A stretch of 64,000 bases of DNA from Escherichia phage HP3, in sequence record NC_041919.1, one strand, 5' to 3'. Shown here in pieces: positions 1-8,246 of this stretch; position 1 is the stretch's first letter, and the number at the start of each line of letters is the position of its first letter. The notes beneath the pieces were generated by a model that saw only the letters and a program-made list of their open reading frames with translations, did no database searches and was not told the origin of the DNA. Both the position numbers and the translations under genes were made by a program.

Positions 1-3
1 TAA

Positions 4-384
4 ATGTTGCATTGGTGGTATTACTCGTCCACAGTTTTTCGTAATCGGAATGCAATGATGACAGACACTCAGCTTTTCGAATATCTTTATTTTTCGCCAA
101 AAACTATTAAAAATAAATTGGTGAATCATTTTGAAATTTTGGCAAATAACAACGTCTTGAGCGAATTTTATCCTAAGCAATACAAATTACAAAAAGGTGT
201 ATTCAAAGGATGCAGAGTTTTGTGTACTGCTCCTAATGCAAGATTAATGAATAAAATTCCATATTTTACCATGGAATTTATTGATGGACCTTTTAAAGGA
301 CTAATCACCCAAAGTTTAATGGCATATGATTCTGAGCCATTTTTAATTAAAGAACAGTCTTGGATAAATTTATTTTCTAATTGA
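4..384 (+). CDS. hypothetical protein (126 aa)
   Basis: Complete ORF in track, preceded by stop at 1-3; no recognisable motif. Confidence 0.4.
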   Translation: MLHWWYYSSTVFRNRNAMMTDTQLFEYLYFSPKTIKNKLVNHFEILANNNVLSEFYPKQYKLQKGVFKGCRVLCTAPNARLMNKIPYFTMEFIDGPFKGLITQSLMAYDSEPFLIKEQSWINLFSN

Positions 385-390
385 GGTTAT

Positions 391-753
391 ATGAAAGCAT
401 ATCAAATTCTTGAAGGCACGCATAAAGGTACTATTTATTTTGAAGATGGTATTCAAGCACGAATTATTGTTTCTAAAACCTTTAAAGAGGACTCTTTTGT
501 AGACCCAGAAATTTTCTACGGTTTGCATGCCCGTGAAATTGAAATTGAGCCACAGCCTACAGTTAAAATTGAAGGTGGTCAACACCTGAACGTTAACGTT
601 CTGCGTCGTGAAACTCTGGAAGATGCAGTTAAGCATCCGGAAAAATATCCGCAGCTGACCATCCGTGTATCCGGTTATGCAGTTCGCTTTAACTCTCTGA
701 CTCCGGAACAGCAGCGCGACGTTATCGCTCGTACCTTTACTGAGAGCTTGTAA
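391..753 (+). CDS. grcA: GrcA/YfiD-like autonomous glycyl-radical cofactor (120 aa)
   Basis: C-terminal half [59 protein letters not shown] matches the glycyl-radical domain of E. coli GrcA/PflB as I recall it; T4 is known to carry such a homolog. Confidence 0.85.
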   Translation: MKAYQILEGTHKGTIYFEDGIQARIIVSKTFKEDSFVDPEIFYGLHAREIEIEPQPTVKIEGGQHLNVNVLRRETLEDAVKHPEKYPQLTIRVSGYAVRFNSLTPEQQRDVIARTFTESL

Positions 754-974
754 TGGCAAAGATAATTATTGAAGGTTCTAAAGATGTGTTAAATGCTTTC
801 GCAGAATGGTTTAGTAATTCAGGCGAACAGCAATTTAATGAAGCGTGGAATATGGGTGATATTAGTGGAATTTATCCTACGACAGAAATTTCTGTTCAGG
901 GATATGGCATTCATGAACCTATTCGTTTAGTTGAATACGATTTATGTACTGGTGAGGAAGTCAAATATGATTGA
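753..974 (+). CDS. hypothetical protein (73 aa)
   Basis: ORF with start overlapping upstream stop (TAATG); phage-typical packing. Confidence 0.5.
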   Translation: MAKIIIEGSKDVLNAFAEWFSNSGEQQFNEAWNMGDISGIYPTTEISVQGYGIHEPIRLVEYDLCTGEEVKYD

Positions 975-1233
975 AGATATTAAAGGTTATAAGCCACATA
1001 CCGACGAAAAAATCGGTAAAGTAAATGCTATTAAAGACGCTGAAGTTCGTTTAGGACTTATCTTTGATGCTTTATATGATGAATTCTGGGAAGCACTAGA
1101 TAATTGCGAAGACTTTGAACTCGCGAAGAATTATGCTGAAAGCCTCGATCAGTTAGCTATTGCTAAAACGAAACTCAAAGAAGCCAGTATGTGGGCTTGT
1201 CGTGCTGTGTTCCAACCAGAGGAAAAATACTAA
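967..1233 (+). CDS. hypothetical protein (88 aa)
   Basis: Internal ATG at 967 preceded by GAGGAAG SD; ATGA overlap with upstream stop; track ORF 931-1233 trimmed. Confidence 0.5.
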   Translation: MIEDIKGYKPHTDEKIGKVNAIKDAEVRLGLIFDALYDEFWEALDNCEDFELAKNYAESLDQLAIAKTKLKEASMWACRAVFQPEEKY

Positions 1234-1511
1234 TGGCTCAATTAAGCGCAGGGTTTGGTTATGAGTATTATACTGCCCCTCGTCGTGTGTCTGCTGCTCC
1301 TAAGAAAATTCAAAGTCTTGATGACTTCCAGGAAGTAGTCCGTAACGCTTTCCAGGACTATGCACGGTATCTTAAAGAAGATTCACAGGACTGTCTCGAA
1401 GAAGATGAAATTGCTTACTATACGCAGCGTCTTGAACAGCTCAAAAATCTACATGAGGTTCGTGCCGAAGTTTCAAAGTCTATGAATAAATTGATTAGAT
1501 TTAAAGAATAA
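1233..1511 (+). CDS. hypothetical protein (92 aa)
   Basis: ATG at 1233 preceded by GAGGAAAAA SD; track ORF 1191-1511 trimmed. Confidence 0.5.
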   Translation: MAQLSAGFGYEYYTAPRRVSAAPKKIQSLDDFQEVVRNAFQDYARYLKEDSQDCLEEDEIAYYTQRLEQLKNLHEVRAEVSKSMNKLIRFKE

Positions 1512-1513
1512 CT

Positions 1514-1543
1514 GTTTACTTTTCCTCTTGACTGTGGTATAAT
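1514..1543 (+). promoter_or_regulatory. T4-type early promoter (GTTTAC -35, 18 nt spacer, TATAAT -10)
   Basis: GTTTAC 1514-1519, TATAAT 1538-1543, followed by AAGAGGAG SD and ATG 1571. Confidence 0.6.
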
Positions 1544-1570
1544 TTTTCTATCAGTTAAGAGGAGAATAAC

Positions 1571-2032
1571 ATGACTATCAACACAGAAGTTTTTATCCGT
1601 CGAAATAAGCTTCGTCGTCACTTTGAGTCGGAGTTTCGTCAAATTAACAATGAGATTCGTGAGGCATCAAAAGCAGCAGGGGTCTCATCGTTTCATCTAA
1701 AATATTCTCAGCATCTTCTTGATCGTGCAATTCAACGGGAGATTGATGAGACATATGTTTTTGAATTATTCCACAAAATAAAAGACCATGTTTTAGAAGT
1801 TAATGAATTCCTGAGTATGCCTCCGCGTCCTGACATTGATGAGGATTTTATTGATGGGGTTGAATACCGTCCTGGACGTTTAGAAATCACAGATGGAAAT
1901 CTTTGGCTTGGATTTACAGTTTGTAAACCTAATGCGAAGTTCAAAGACCCGTCGCTTCAATGCAGGATGGCAATTATCAATAGTCGTCGTTTACCAGGAA
2001 AGGCTTCTAAAGCAGTAATTAAAACTCAATGA
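1571..2032 (+). CDS. regB: RegB-like endoribonuclease (153 aa)
   Basis: 153 aa, same size as T4 RegB; strong SD; sits upstream of vs/tk block as in T4. Confidence 0.7.
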   Translation: MTINTEVFIRRNKLRRHFESEFRQINNEIREASKAAGVSSFHLKYSQHLLDRAIQREIDETYVFELFHKIKDHVLEVNEFLSMPPRPDIDEDFIDGVEYRPGRLEITDGNLWLGFTVCKPNAKFKDPSLQCRMAIINSRRLPGKASKAVIKTQ

Positions 2033-2039
2033 GGTAAGC

Positions 2040-2585
2040 ATGAGAAAAGCACTACTCGCTGGTCTATTGGCCATTTCAATGATGGCACATAGCTCCGAGC
2101 ATACTTTCAGTAATGTCCAACTCGATAACATGCGTTACGCGTATCAATTCGGGGAACAATTTTCTAAGGATGGAAAATATAAAACACACAAAAATATCCA
2201 CAAGAGCGGATTAGGTCATATAATGGCTGCTATTTTATGGCAAGAAAGCTCTGGCGGAGTTAATTTAAAATCTAAACCAAAGCATCATGCCTATGGAATG
2301 TTCCAAAATTATTTGCCTACTATGCGAGCGAGAGTCAAGGAACTTGGTTATAATATGACCGATGCTGAAATAAAAAGAATGTTGAATAAACGGTCCAATT
2401 CAGCTTCCTGGGCGTACATTGAACTTTCTTATTGGTTAAATATACATAAGGGCGATATAAGAAAAGCAATATCCTCTTATAATTCGGGATGGAATGTTAA
2501 AGCTGGTTCTAAATATGCTTCTGAAGTCCTAGAAAAGGCTAATTACCTTAAAAATAATAAACTTTTGGAAATAGTAAATGACTAA
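2040..2585 (+). CDS. exported protein (181 aa), vs.1 position
   Basis: N-terminal signal-peptide-like segment MRKALLAGLLAISMMAHS; synteny with T4 vs.1. Confidence 0.55.
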   Translation: MRKALLAGLLAISMMAHSSEHTFSNVQLDNMRYAYQFGEQFSKDGKYKTHKNIHKSGLGHIMAAILWQESSGGVNLKSKPKHHAYGMFQNYLPTMRARVKELGYNMTDAEIKRMLNKRSNSASWAYIELSYWLNIHKGDIRKAISSYNSGWNVKAGSKYASEVLEKANYLKNNKLLEIVND

Positions 2586-2919
2586 AATTTTGGTTTTATG
2601 TATAGGATTAATTTCATTTTCTGCGTTAGCAGATACATCATATACTGAAATTAGAGAGTATGTAAACCGTACTGCCGCGGATTATTGTGGGAAAAATAAA
2701 GCATGCCAAGCTGAATTTGCGCAGAAATTAATATATGCATATAAAGACGGAGAAAGAGATAAATCAAGCAGATACAAAAACGATACATTATTAAAACGAT
2801 ATGCTAAAAAGTGGAATACCTTAGAATGTTCAGTTGCGGAGGAGAAAGATAAAGCCGCTTGTCATTCAATGGTTGACCGTTTGGTAGATTCTTATAATCG
2901 AGGATTGAGTACTAGATGA
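2578..2919 (+). CDS. exported protein (113 aa), possibly Vs-like
   Basis: Signal-peptide-like N-terminus MTKILVLCIGLISFSALA; position between vs.1-like and tk block. Confidence 0.45.
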   Translation: MTKILVLCIGLISFSALADTSYTEIREYVNRTAADYCGKNKACQAEFAQKLIYAYKDGERDKSSRYKNDTLLKRYAKKWNTLECSVAEEKDKAACHSMVDRLVDSYNRGLSTR

Positions 2920-3383
2920 TTGTAAAATATATCAAGGGCGATATTGTCGCCCTTTTCGCTGAAGGTAAAAATATTGCGCATGGATGCAATTGTTTTCATA
3001 CTATGGGTTCAGGCGTAGCGGGTCAATTAACCAAAGCTTTCCCTAAAATTTTGGAAGCTGATAAATTACAGACTGAATGGGGTGATGTAACTAAACTCGG
3101 TTCTTACTCAGTCTATGAAAAATACTTTAGGACTCATAAAGCGTATTGCTTCAACCTTTATACTCAATTTCAACCAGGGCCAAATTTTGAGTATTCCGCT
3201 TTAATGAATTGTATGTTAGAATTAAATGAGTTTGGTGAAAATAAACTGATTAAACCTACAATCTATATGCCTAGGATTGGTGCAGGCATAGGTAAAGGGA
3301 ACTGGGATATTATTGAGGGGATTTTAGATACATATTCCTCTAAATTAGAAATTGTGATTGTTGATTGGGAACCGTTATTATGA
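2916..3383 (+). CDS. macro-domain-like protein (155 aa)
   Basis: KGDIV..NIAHGCNCFHTMGSGVAGQL and later PRIGAGIGKG resemble the macro-domain ADP-ribose-binding motifs (GDIT..NAAN..GGGV..G and P.IGTG.YG). Confidence 0.55.
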   Translation: MIVKYIKGDIVALFAEGKNIAHGCNCFHTMGSGVAGQLTKAFPKILEADKLQTEWGDVTKLGSYSVYEKYFRTHKAYCFNLYTQFQPGPNFEYSALMNCMLELNEFGENKLIKPTIYMPRIGAGIGKGNWDIIEGILDTYSSKLEIVIVDWEPLL

Positions 3384-3592
3384 ATATACATTATCCACAT
3401 CCATATGACCCAAAGAATAAGGCAGTAATTATTCGTCAATGGGAACGCATTTGCCGTACTAAATGTCCAATTAATAGTCCGCATGATGTAGATAAAGACT
3501 ACATTGGAACATTCGTTGAATATACCTTTATTGATAAGAAAGGTCGTAAACAGCATGTAGAAGAATACTGCTTAAAGGTTACATGGTTATGA
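3365..3592 (+). CDS. hypothetical protein (75 aa)
   Basis: Track ORF overlapping neighbours by a few codons. Confidence 0.45.
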   Translation: MGTVIMNIHYPHPYDPKNKAVIIRQWERICRTKCPINSPHDVDKDYIGTFVEYTFIDKKGRKQHVEEYCLKVTWL

Positions 3593-3795
3593 GCCAAACT
3601 AGTATTCTTAAAAATGCCCATTGTGAAAAGTGTAAATGGCCAGTTGTTTTTGCTTTATGCAACGATGAAATGGCTTGTGATTTCGATTATTGGTGCTATT
3701 GTTCTAATAAAGGATGCATCAATCATAAAGGTGAAGGATTTTATTCGGGATTTTATCCTTATCCAGATTTCGTTAAAGAAGGTAAACCGAAATGA
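3583..3795 (+). CDS. Cys-rich small protein (70 aa)
   Basis: Nine Cys incl. CEKCKW..CNDEMACDFDYWCYCSNKGC; possible metal-binding. Confidence 0.45.
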   Translation: MVMSQTSILKNAHCEKCKWPVVFALCNDEMACDFDYWCYCSNKGCINHKGEGFYSGFYPYPDFVKEGKPK

Positions 3796-3965
3796 ATAGT
3801 TTTGAGTTACAGTATGAAGTGTTACGTGAGCTTGATAATTTAATTGAACTCGCTGTCAATAAAGGTTTTGCCATTGGAATCGGTCAAAAAGATACTGGTC
3901 ATTTAACTATGGAAATATTTAAGCAAAAGCGAATTATTTTAAAACTCCTGGAAATTAATATATGA
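3792..3965 (+). CDS. hypothetical small protein (57 aa)
   Basis: ATG 3792 to TGA 3963-3965 read from sequence; below track size cut-off; fills gap and overlaps neighbours. Confidence 0.35.
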   Translation: MNSFELQYEVLRELDNLIELAVNKGFAIGIGQKDTGHLTMEIFKQKRIILKLLEINI

Positions 3966-4147
3966 GTCTGAGTAAAGAACAAAAAGATAAATTGTTTGAG
4001 CTTATCCATGAACTTCTAGATGAGCATACAGAAGCAAACACCTTTTATGATGAATACGGCCCGCTATCTCCCGAACAGCAAGAAGAATTTGCTGATCGGT
4101 TTGATAAGAAAGAAAACGAATTAATAGCTTATGTGAATATGCTTTAA
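3962..4147 (+). CDS. hypothetical protein (61 aa)
   Basis: Track ORF; acidic. Confidence 0.5.
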   Translation: MSLSKEQKDKLFELIHELLDEHTEANTFYDEYGPLSPEQQEEFADRFDKKENELIAYVNML

Positions 4148-4156
4148 GAAGGTGAT

Positions 4157-4738
4157 ATGGCGAGTTTAATTTTTACTTACGCAGCAATGAATGCTGGAAA
4201 ATCTGCTTCTCTTTTGACTGCTGCACATAATTATAAAGAACGCGGAATGGGTGTATTAGTTCTTAAGCCTGCTATTGATACTCGCGATTCTGTCTGTGAA
4301 GTCGTTTCTCGCATTGGAATTAAGCAGGAAGCGAATATTATTACGGATGATATGGATATTTTTGAGTTCTATAAATGGGCTGAAGCACAAAAAGATATTC
4401 ATTGTGTATTTGTAGATGAAGCTCAGTTTTTAAAAACTGAACAGGTGCATCAATTAAGTCGAATTGTTGATACATATAATGTTCCTGTTATGGCTTATGG
4501 GCTAAGGACTGATTTCGCTGGAAAATTATTTGAAGGTTCTAAAGAACTTTTGGCGATTGCAGATAAACTTATTGAACTAAAGGCAGTTTGTCATTGTGGT
4601 AAAAAAGCTATTATGACAGCTCGATTAATGGAAGATGGAACACCAGTTAAAGAAGGTAATCAAATCTGTATTGGTGATGAAATTTATGTTTCTTTGTGTA
4701 GAAAACATTGGAATGAATTAACTAAAAAGCTCGGTTAG
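4157..4738 (+). CDS. tk: thymidine kinase (193 aa)
   Basis: P-loop AAMNAGKS, 193 aa as T4 Tk, Cys cluster CHCGKKA near C-terminus. Confidence 0.93.
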   Translation: MASLIFTYAAMNAGKSASLLTAAHNYKERGMGVLVLKPAIDTRDSVCEVVSRIGIKQEANIITDDMDIFEFYKWAEAQKDIHCVFVDEAQFLKTEQVHQLSRIVDTYNVPVMAYGLRTDFAGKLFEGSKELLAIADKLIELKAVCHCGKKAIMTARLMEDGTPVKEGNQICIGDEIYVSLCRKHWNELTKKLG

Positions 4739-4747
4739 TGCAAAAGT

Positions 4748-4755
4748 TATAAATA
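4748..4755 (+). promoter_or_regulatory. T4 late-promoter consensus TATAAATA
   Basis: Exact TATAAATA 25 nt upstream of ATG 4781. Confidence 0.45.
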
Positions 4756-4780
4756 GGTTTATCTAACTAAAGGGGTATAT

Positions 4781-4993
4781 ATGCTACAATTAACTGAAAA
4801 GCAACTTCGCAATCTTACTGTTCTTCAATTAGATGAAATTCGTAGGGAAGTTGGAAATATCATTTCAGCTTTGCGTCGAGAAGTATCACTCAACCAATCT
4901 CCGGCAGACTATACTAGATTGCGAAATTTTGAAAAATACCTTGATAAAGTTAAGGCCGTGCATCGGCATAAAGTAAATACAGGACAAAAATGA
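4781..4993 (+). CDS. hypothetical protein (70 aa), rI-adjacent
   Basis: Track ORF with GGGG SD. Confidence 0.55.
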
Positions 4994-5005
4994 TAGGAGG
5001 CCTTT

Positions 5006-5299
5006 ATGGCCTTAAAAGCAACGGCACTATTTGCCATGCTAGGATTAGCGTTTGCTTTATCTCCACCAATTGAAGCGAATGTCGATCCTCATTTTGATAA
5101 ATTTATGGAATCTGGTATTAGGCACGTTTATATGCTTTTTGAAAATAAAAGCGTAGAATCGTCTGAACAATTCTATAGTTTTATGAGAACGACCTATAAA
5201 AATGACCCGTGCTCTTCTGATTTTGAATGTATAGAGCGAGGCGCGGAGATGGCACAATCATACGCTAGAATTATGAACATTAAATTGGAGACTGAATGA
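5006..5299 (+). CDS. rI: RI lysis-inhibition regulator-like periplasmic protein (97 aa)
   Basis: 97 aa with signal-anchor MALKATALFAMLGLAFALSPP; size/position as T4 rI between tk and nrdC block. Confidence 0.75.
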   Translation: MALKATALFAMLGLAFALSPPIEANVDPHFDKFMESGIRHVYMLFENKSVESSEQFYSFMRTTYKNDPCSSDFECIERGAEMAQSYARIMNIKLETE

Positions 5300-5682
5300 A
5301 ATTCAGCGACTTTTCACAAAGTGGAAAACCTTCAAAGGCAGATGAATACTTAGGTTTATTAATGGCTGCACAAGCTTATTTTCATTCTGCGCATTTTGAA
5401 ACTAAAAGTTATGCTAGACACAAAGCATACGATTTTATTTTCTCTGAGTTGCCAGATTTGATTGATAAATTTGGTGAGCAATATTTGGGGTATTCTGGTA
5501 GAAAATACACGCCTTCTATTCCAGATGCCAGTAAACTTCCTACCGACACAATTAAAATGATTGATCGCATACTAGACCAATCTAACAGCATTTATAAAGA
5601 AATGCCTCCAGCCATTCAAAGCACGATAGATGATATTACTGGGATGTTTTACCAGAGTAAATATCTTCTTTCCCTCGAATAA
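5296..5682 (+). CDS. hypothetical protein (128 aa)
   Basis: Track ORF, ATGA overlap with rI. Confidence 0.6.
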   Translation: MKFSDFSQSGKPSKADEYLGLLMAAQAYFHSAHFETKSYARHKAYDFIFSELPDLIDKFGEQYLGYSGRKYTPSIPDASKLPTDTIKMIDRILDQSNSIYKEMPPAIQSTIDDITGMFYQSKYLLSLE

Positions 5683-5686
5683 CATT

Positions 5687-5709
5687 AGTCTCCTTCGGGA
5701 GACTTTTTT
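5687..5709 (+). terminator. rho-independent terminator (UUCG tetraloop hairpin + T-run)
   Basis: AGTCTCC-TTCG-GGAGACT followed by TTTTTT. Confidence 0.8.
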
Positions 5710-5719
5710 CATTTTACCG

Positions 5720-5749
5720 GTTTACTTTCCATTTGAGCTGTGATACTAT
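5720..5749 (+). promoter_or_regulatory. T4-type early promoter
   Basis: GTTTAC 5720-5725, TACTAT 5744-5749. Confidence 0.55.
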
Positions 5750-5777
5750 ACAACTATCGGATAAAGAGGAGAACATC

Positions 5778-5966
5778 ATGAAAATTGAAGCACTTAATCA
5801 AGAAGGAAATATCTACGTCATCATTAATGGTGATTTTTTCGTCGACATGGATGAAGTTACTAGTGAAGAACTTGTAGAACTTCTTAAGAAACGTTATGAT
5901 ATGTGTGATGAAGCTGCAACTCATATGGCGTGTGCAATATTCTCTCTTTCATATGTGGTGGAATAA
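5778..5966 (+). CDS. hypothetical protein (62 aa)
   Basis: ATG 5778 after AAGAGGAG SD; track ORF 5733-5966 trimmed. Confidence 0.5.
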   Translation: MKIEALNQEGNIYVIINGDFFVDMDEVTSEELVELLKKRYDMCDEAATHMACAIFSLSYVVE

Positions 5967-6169
5967 TGACTAGAATTGAACAAGCAGATAAAATTAAAGA
6001 ATTGGTAGCTTTAATTCGCAAAGCAGATGAGGAACTTAGTGACTTTGCTTGGTTTTCGGCAGGCATTGCAAATAAAGGTATTGAAAAATTTGAAGCTAAA
6101 GTTGATAATGCTTTAGAAGCGTTAGATATGTTTCTTGATGAAATTATCGATCATAATACGAGAGTTTAA
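5966..6169 (+). CDS. hypothetical protein (67 aa)
   Basis: ATG 5966 overlapping upstream stop; track ORF trimmed. Confidence 0.5.
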   Translation: MTRIEQADKIKELVALIRKADEELSDFAWFSAGIANKGIEKFEAKVDNALEALDMFLDEIIDHNTRV

Positions 6170-6171
6170 TT

Positions 6172-6366
6172 ATGCTAACACGTGAACAGTTTGAAAAAAT
6201 CATTAAATTAGCACGTGATATTGAAATAGATTCATACCAATTAGCAGTTGAGCATTGTGAAGGATATTCATACGACGGTATAGAAGCAGCTAAAAAGGAT
6301 TTGGATAAATCCAAAGCTAAGTTAGTTCAATATCTTGAAATGATTAGGTGGAATAATGAAAACTGA
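6172..6366 (+). CDS. hypothetical protein (64 aa)
   Basis: Track ORF. Confidence 0.5.
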   Translation: MLTREQFEKIIKLARDIEIDSYQLAVEHCEGYSYDGIEAAKKDLDKSKAKLVQYLEMIRWNNEN

Positions 6367-6529
6367 AAAGCAGATGTTTTTAATGAAGCTAATTGAAGAA
6401 TATGCTAATGCAGTTTCTGACTATGAGTATTCTGCTCGGGAAAGAGGTACAGCTTTCGCAAAGGAAGAAATGAAAATCATGGTTGATGCTCACACAAAGC
6501 TTCAGAATTTTATTGAAAACGTCATTTAA
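6356..6529 (+). CDS. hypothetical small protein (57 aa)
   Basis: ATG 6356 to TAA 6527-6529 read from sequence; below track cut-off. Confidence 0.35.
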   Translation: MKTEKQMFLMKLIEEYANAVSDYEYSARERGTAFAKEEMKIMVDAHTKLQNFIENVI

Positions 6530-6531
6530 TG

Positions 6532-6573
6532 GTTTACAAGTTGACAAGATTATGATATAGTAATCTTGTCAAC
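6532..6573 (+). promoter_or_regulatory. early promoter embedded in 13-bp perfect inverted repeat
   Basis: GTTTAC 6532-6537, TATAGT 6556-6561; arms GTTGACAAGATTA 6540-6552 / TAATCTTGTCAAC 6561-6573. Confidence 0.6.
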
Positions 6574-6696
6574 TGCCAAGGAGAAGAGAATGAAAGTTTT
6601 GTTTGTTGTGTATGTGATGATTCAATATAATTATCCAATGTTTACTTATAATCTGGTGAACAACATTATTGATATTATTCAAAGGAGTATGTAATT

Positions 6697-7254
6697 GTGG
6701 GTGAGTCGAAGAGAATCAATATGAAACGATTAGTATTAGAAGTTAGTCCGCTTTTTGGTGAATTAGCTATAGAAAAAGTAAATAATATGTATCGTTTGAC
6801 ACAAGAAGACGATATGCTATATTTTACGCCTAGTGAAATCATTCATTTAACCCAAATTGAATATCCTTATACTGATAAAATAGTAAGCATCAATGATGAG
6901 CACAAAATTCATTTTTATTCTTCATGCCCAGGATTTAATATTAAAAGTGAGTCAATGTGTTTATCAGTTATCCATTGGGATAGCTTTATAGCTAAGATTA
7001 AATATTTTTATTATTCTAATGAAAGAAAACATAGTTTAAAATGGCTCAAAAATTGCAATGCTATTATTACTAACGCTTGCAATCAGAATGATGAAACTGT
7101 TTTAAACGTATCAAAATGCTATGAAGATGGTGATGTCTTAACTATTCGTCAAATTGATGATTTTCGATCGTATATTGTCACATTTACCAAAGACGAAGCT
7201 ATTGCGCTAAAGACTTATCTCGATTCTGTCATTCCAACTATGATTTCAAAGTGA
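6697..7254 (+). CDS. hypothetical protein, paralog A1 (185 aa)
   Basis: GTG start with AAGGAG SD 9 nt upstream; C-terminus aligns with next ORF. Confidence 0.6.
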   Translation: MGESKRINMKRLVLEVSPLFGELAIEKVNNMYRLTQEDDMLYFTPSEIIHLTQIEYPYTDKIVSINDEHKIHFYSSCPGFNIKSESMCLSVIHWDSFIAKIKYFYYSNERKHSLKWLKNCNAIITNACNQNDETVLNVSKCYEDGDVLTIRQIDDFRSYIVTFTKDEAIALKTYLDSVIPTMISK

Positions 7255-7260
7255 GGAAAT

Positions 7261-7782
7261 ATGTTTATTTCAAGTGGAAGTGGTTTAATTCGTGTTGAAT
7301 TTAAAAATGACATCTTCCTTATTCAAGGAGATGATATTATTAAAATGAGTTATGATGAAATTAAGAAAATTTGTAATGCTCTTGAAAGTCATGGAAAAGT
7401 GAACGCTGTTATTGATATTGGTGATTTATGGGTGACACTTTATGAAGTATCCGAAGGATTTAATATTGAAGATGAAAACAACATCTTAGCTATTGATAAA
7501 AGAAGCGATTTGTTTGATGTGTTAAAAGTTTATGAACAGTCAAACGGTGGAAGAAAAGCTGTATTGATTTATCAAAAACCACATTCATGTGGAACTGCTT
7601 CAATCATTTCAGATATTGAAGATGAAACTGATACTTATATGTGTGTTTTAAAAGCTGGTGGTGACCGTCATCCGGATTTTATTTCTATTCGTCAAAACAA
7701 TGAAGAAATTTCATTATCAAAATCAGAAGCTGAAGCTATGATTAAGTATTTAACAACTGTTACACCTTCAATGAAAGGATAA
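7261..7782 (+). CDS. hypothetical protein, paralog A2 (173 aa)
   Basis: C-terminal EAEAMIKYLTTVTPSM vs A1 EAIALKTYLDSVIPTM. Confidence 0.6.
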   Translation: MFISSGSGLIRVEFKNDIFLIQGDDIIKMSYDEIKKICNALESHGKVNAVIDIGDLWVTLYEVSEGFNIEDENNILAIDKRSDLFDVLKVYEQSNGGRKAVLIYQKPHSCGTASIISDIEDETDTYMCVLKAGGDRHPDFISIRQNNEEISLSKSEAEAMIKYLTTVTPSMKG

Positions 7783-7784
7783 TT

Positions 7785-8246
7785 ATGATTATTAATGAAA
7801 ACTCTTGGCACTATAAATTATTCAAATTGTTTAACGATGAATGGCAACGACCTAAGACGCTGTGCGCATACTTTTGGTCTATTGTTATCCCTACATTTTT
7901 CGTTTCTTTTTTCGGATGTACTATACTCGTAGGTCTAACTATCATCTGCGCAGAAATCATACAGAAATGGCTTATTTTTGGTAGTTTATGGACTCTTATT
8001 CCATCAGCATTTATACTTGCCATTTTGCTTGTTTTACTTATTGTCGGTTCATTTGTTATTCCTGCACAACTGCGTGAAAAATATAAAGATTATAAATGGA
8101 AAAAGGATTATGCTTTACACGTAGAAAATATTGATAGGGCGTATAAAGGTTTACCTCCTATTCAACCCAAGAAATCGATTATCGTTGAATTTTTAAAAGC
8201 TCGTAAAGCTAAAGTATGTCCTGTTATTGAATATAAGGCTGAATGA
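7785..8246 (+). CDS. multi-pass membrane protein (153 aa)
   Basis: Two long hydrophobic segments FWSIVIPTFFVSFFGCTILVGLTIICAEI and LWTLIPSAFILAILLVLLIVGSFVI. Confidence 0.6.
   Translation: MIINENSWHYKLFKLFNDEWQRPKTLCAYFWSIVIPTFFVSFFGCTILVGLTIICAEIIQKWLIFGSLWTLIPSAFILAILLVLLIVGSFVIPAQLREKYKDYKWKKDYALHVENIDRAYKGLPPIQPKKSIIVEFLKARKAKVCPVIEYKAE

Noticed and set aside
370-759. Minus-strand track ORFs overlapping well-supported + strand genes (e.g. 370-759, 15879-16208, 17058-17471, 30891-31307, 55276-56344, 57798-58202)
   Set aside because: They lie antisense to genes with recognisable conserved proteins, have no SD or promoter, and show unbiased composition; treated as chance ORFs in AT-rich DNA.
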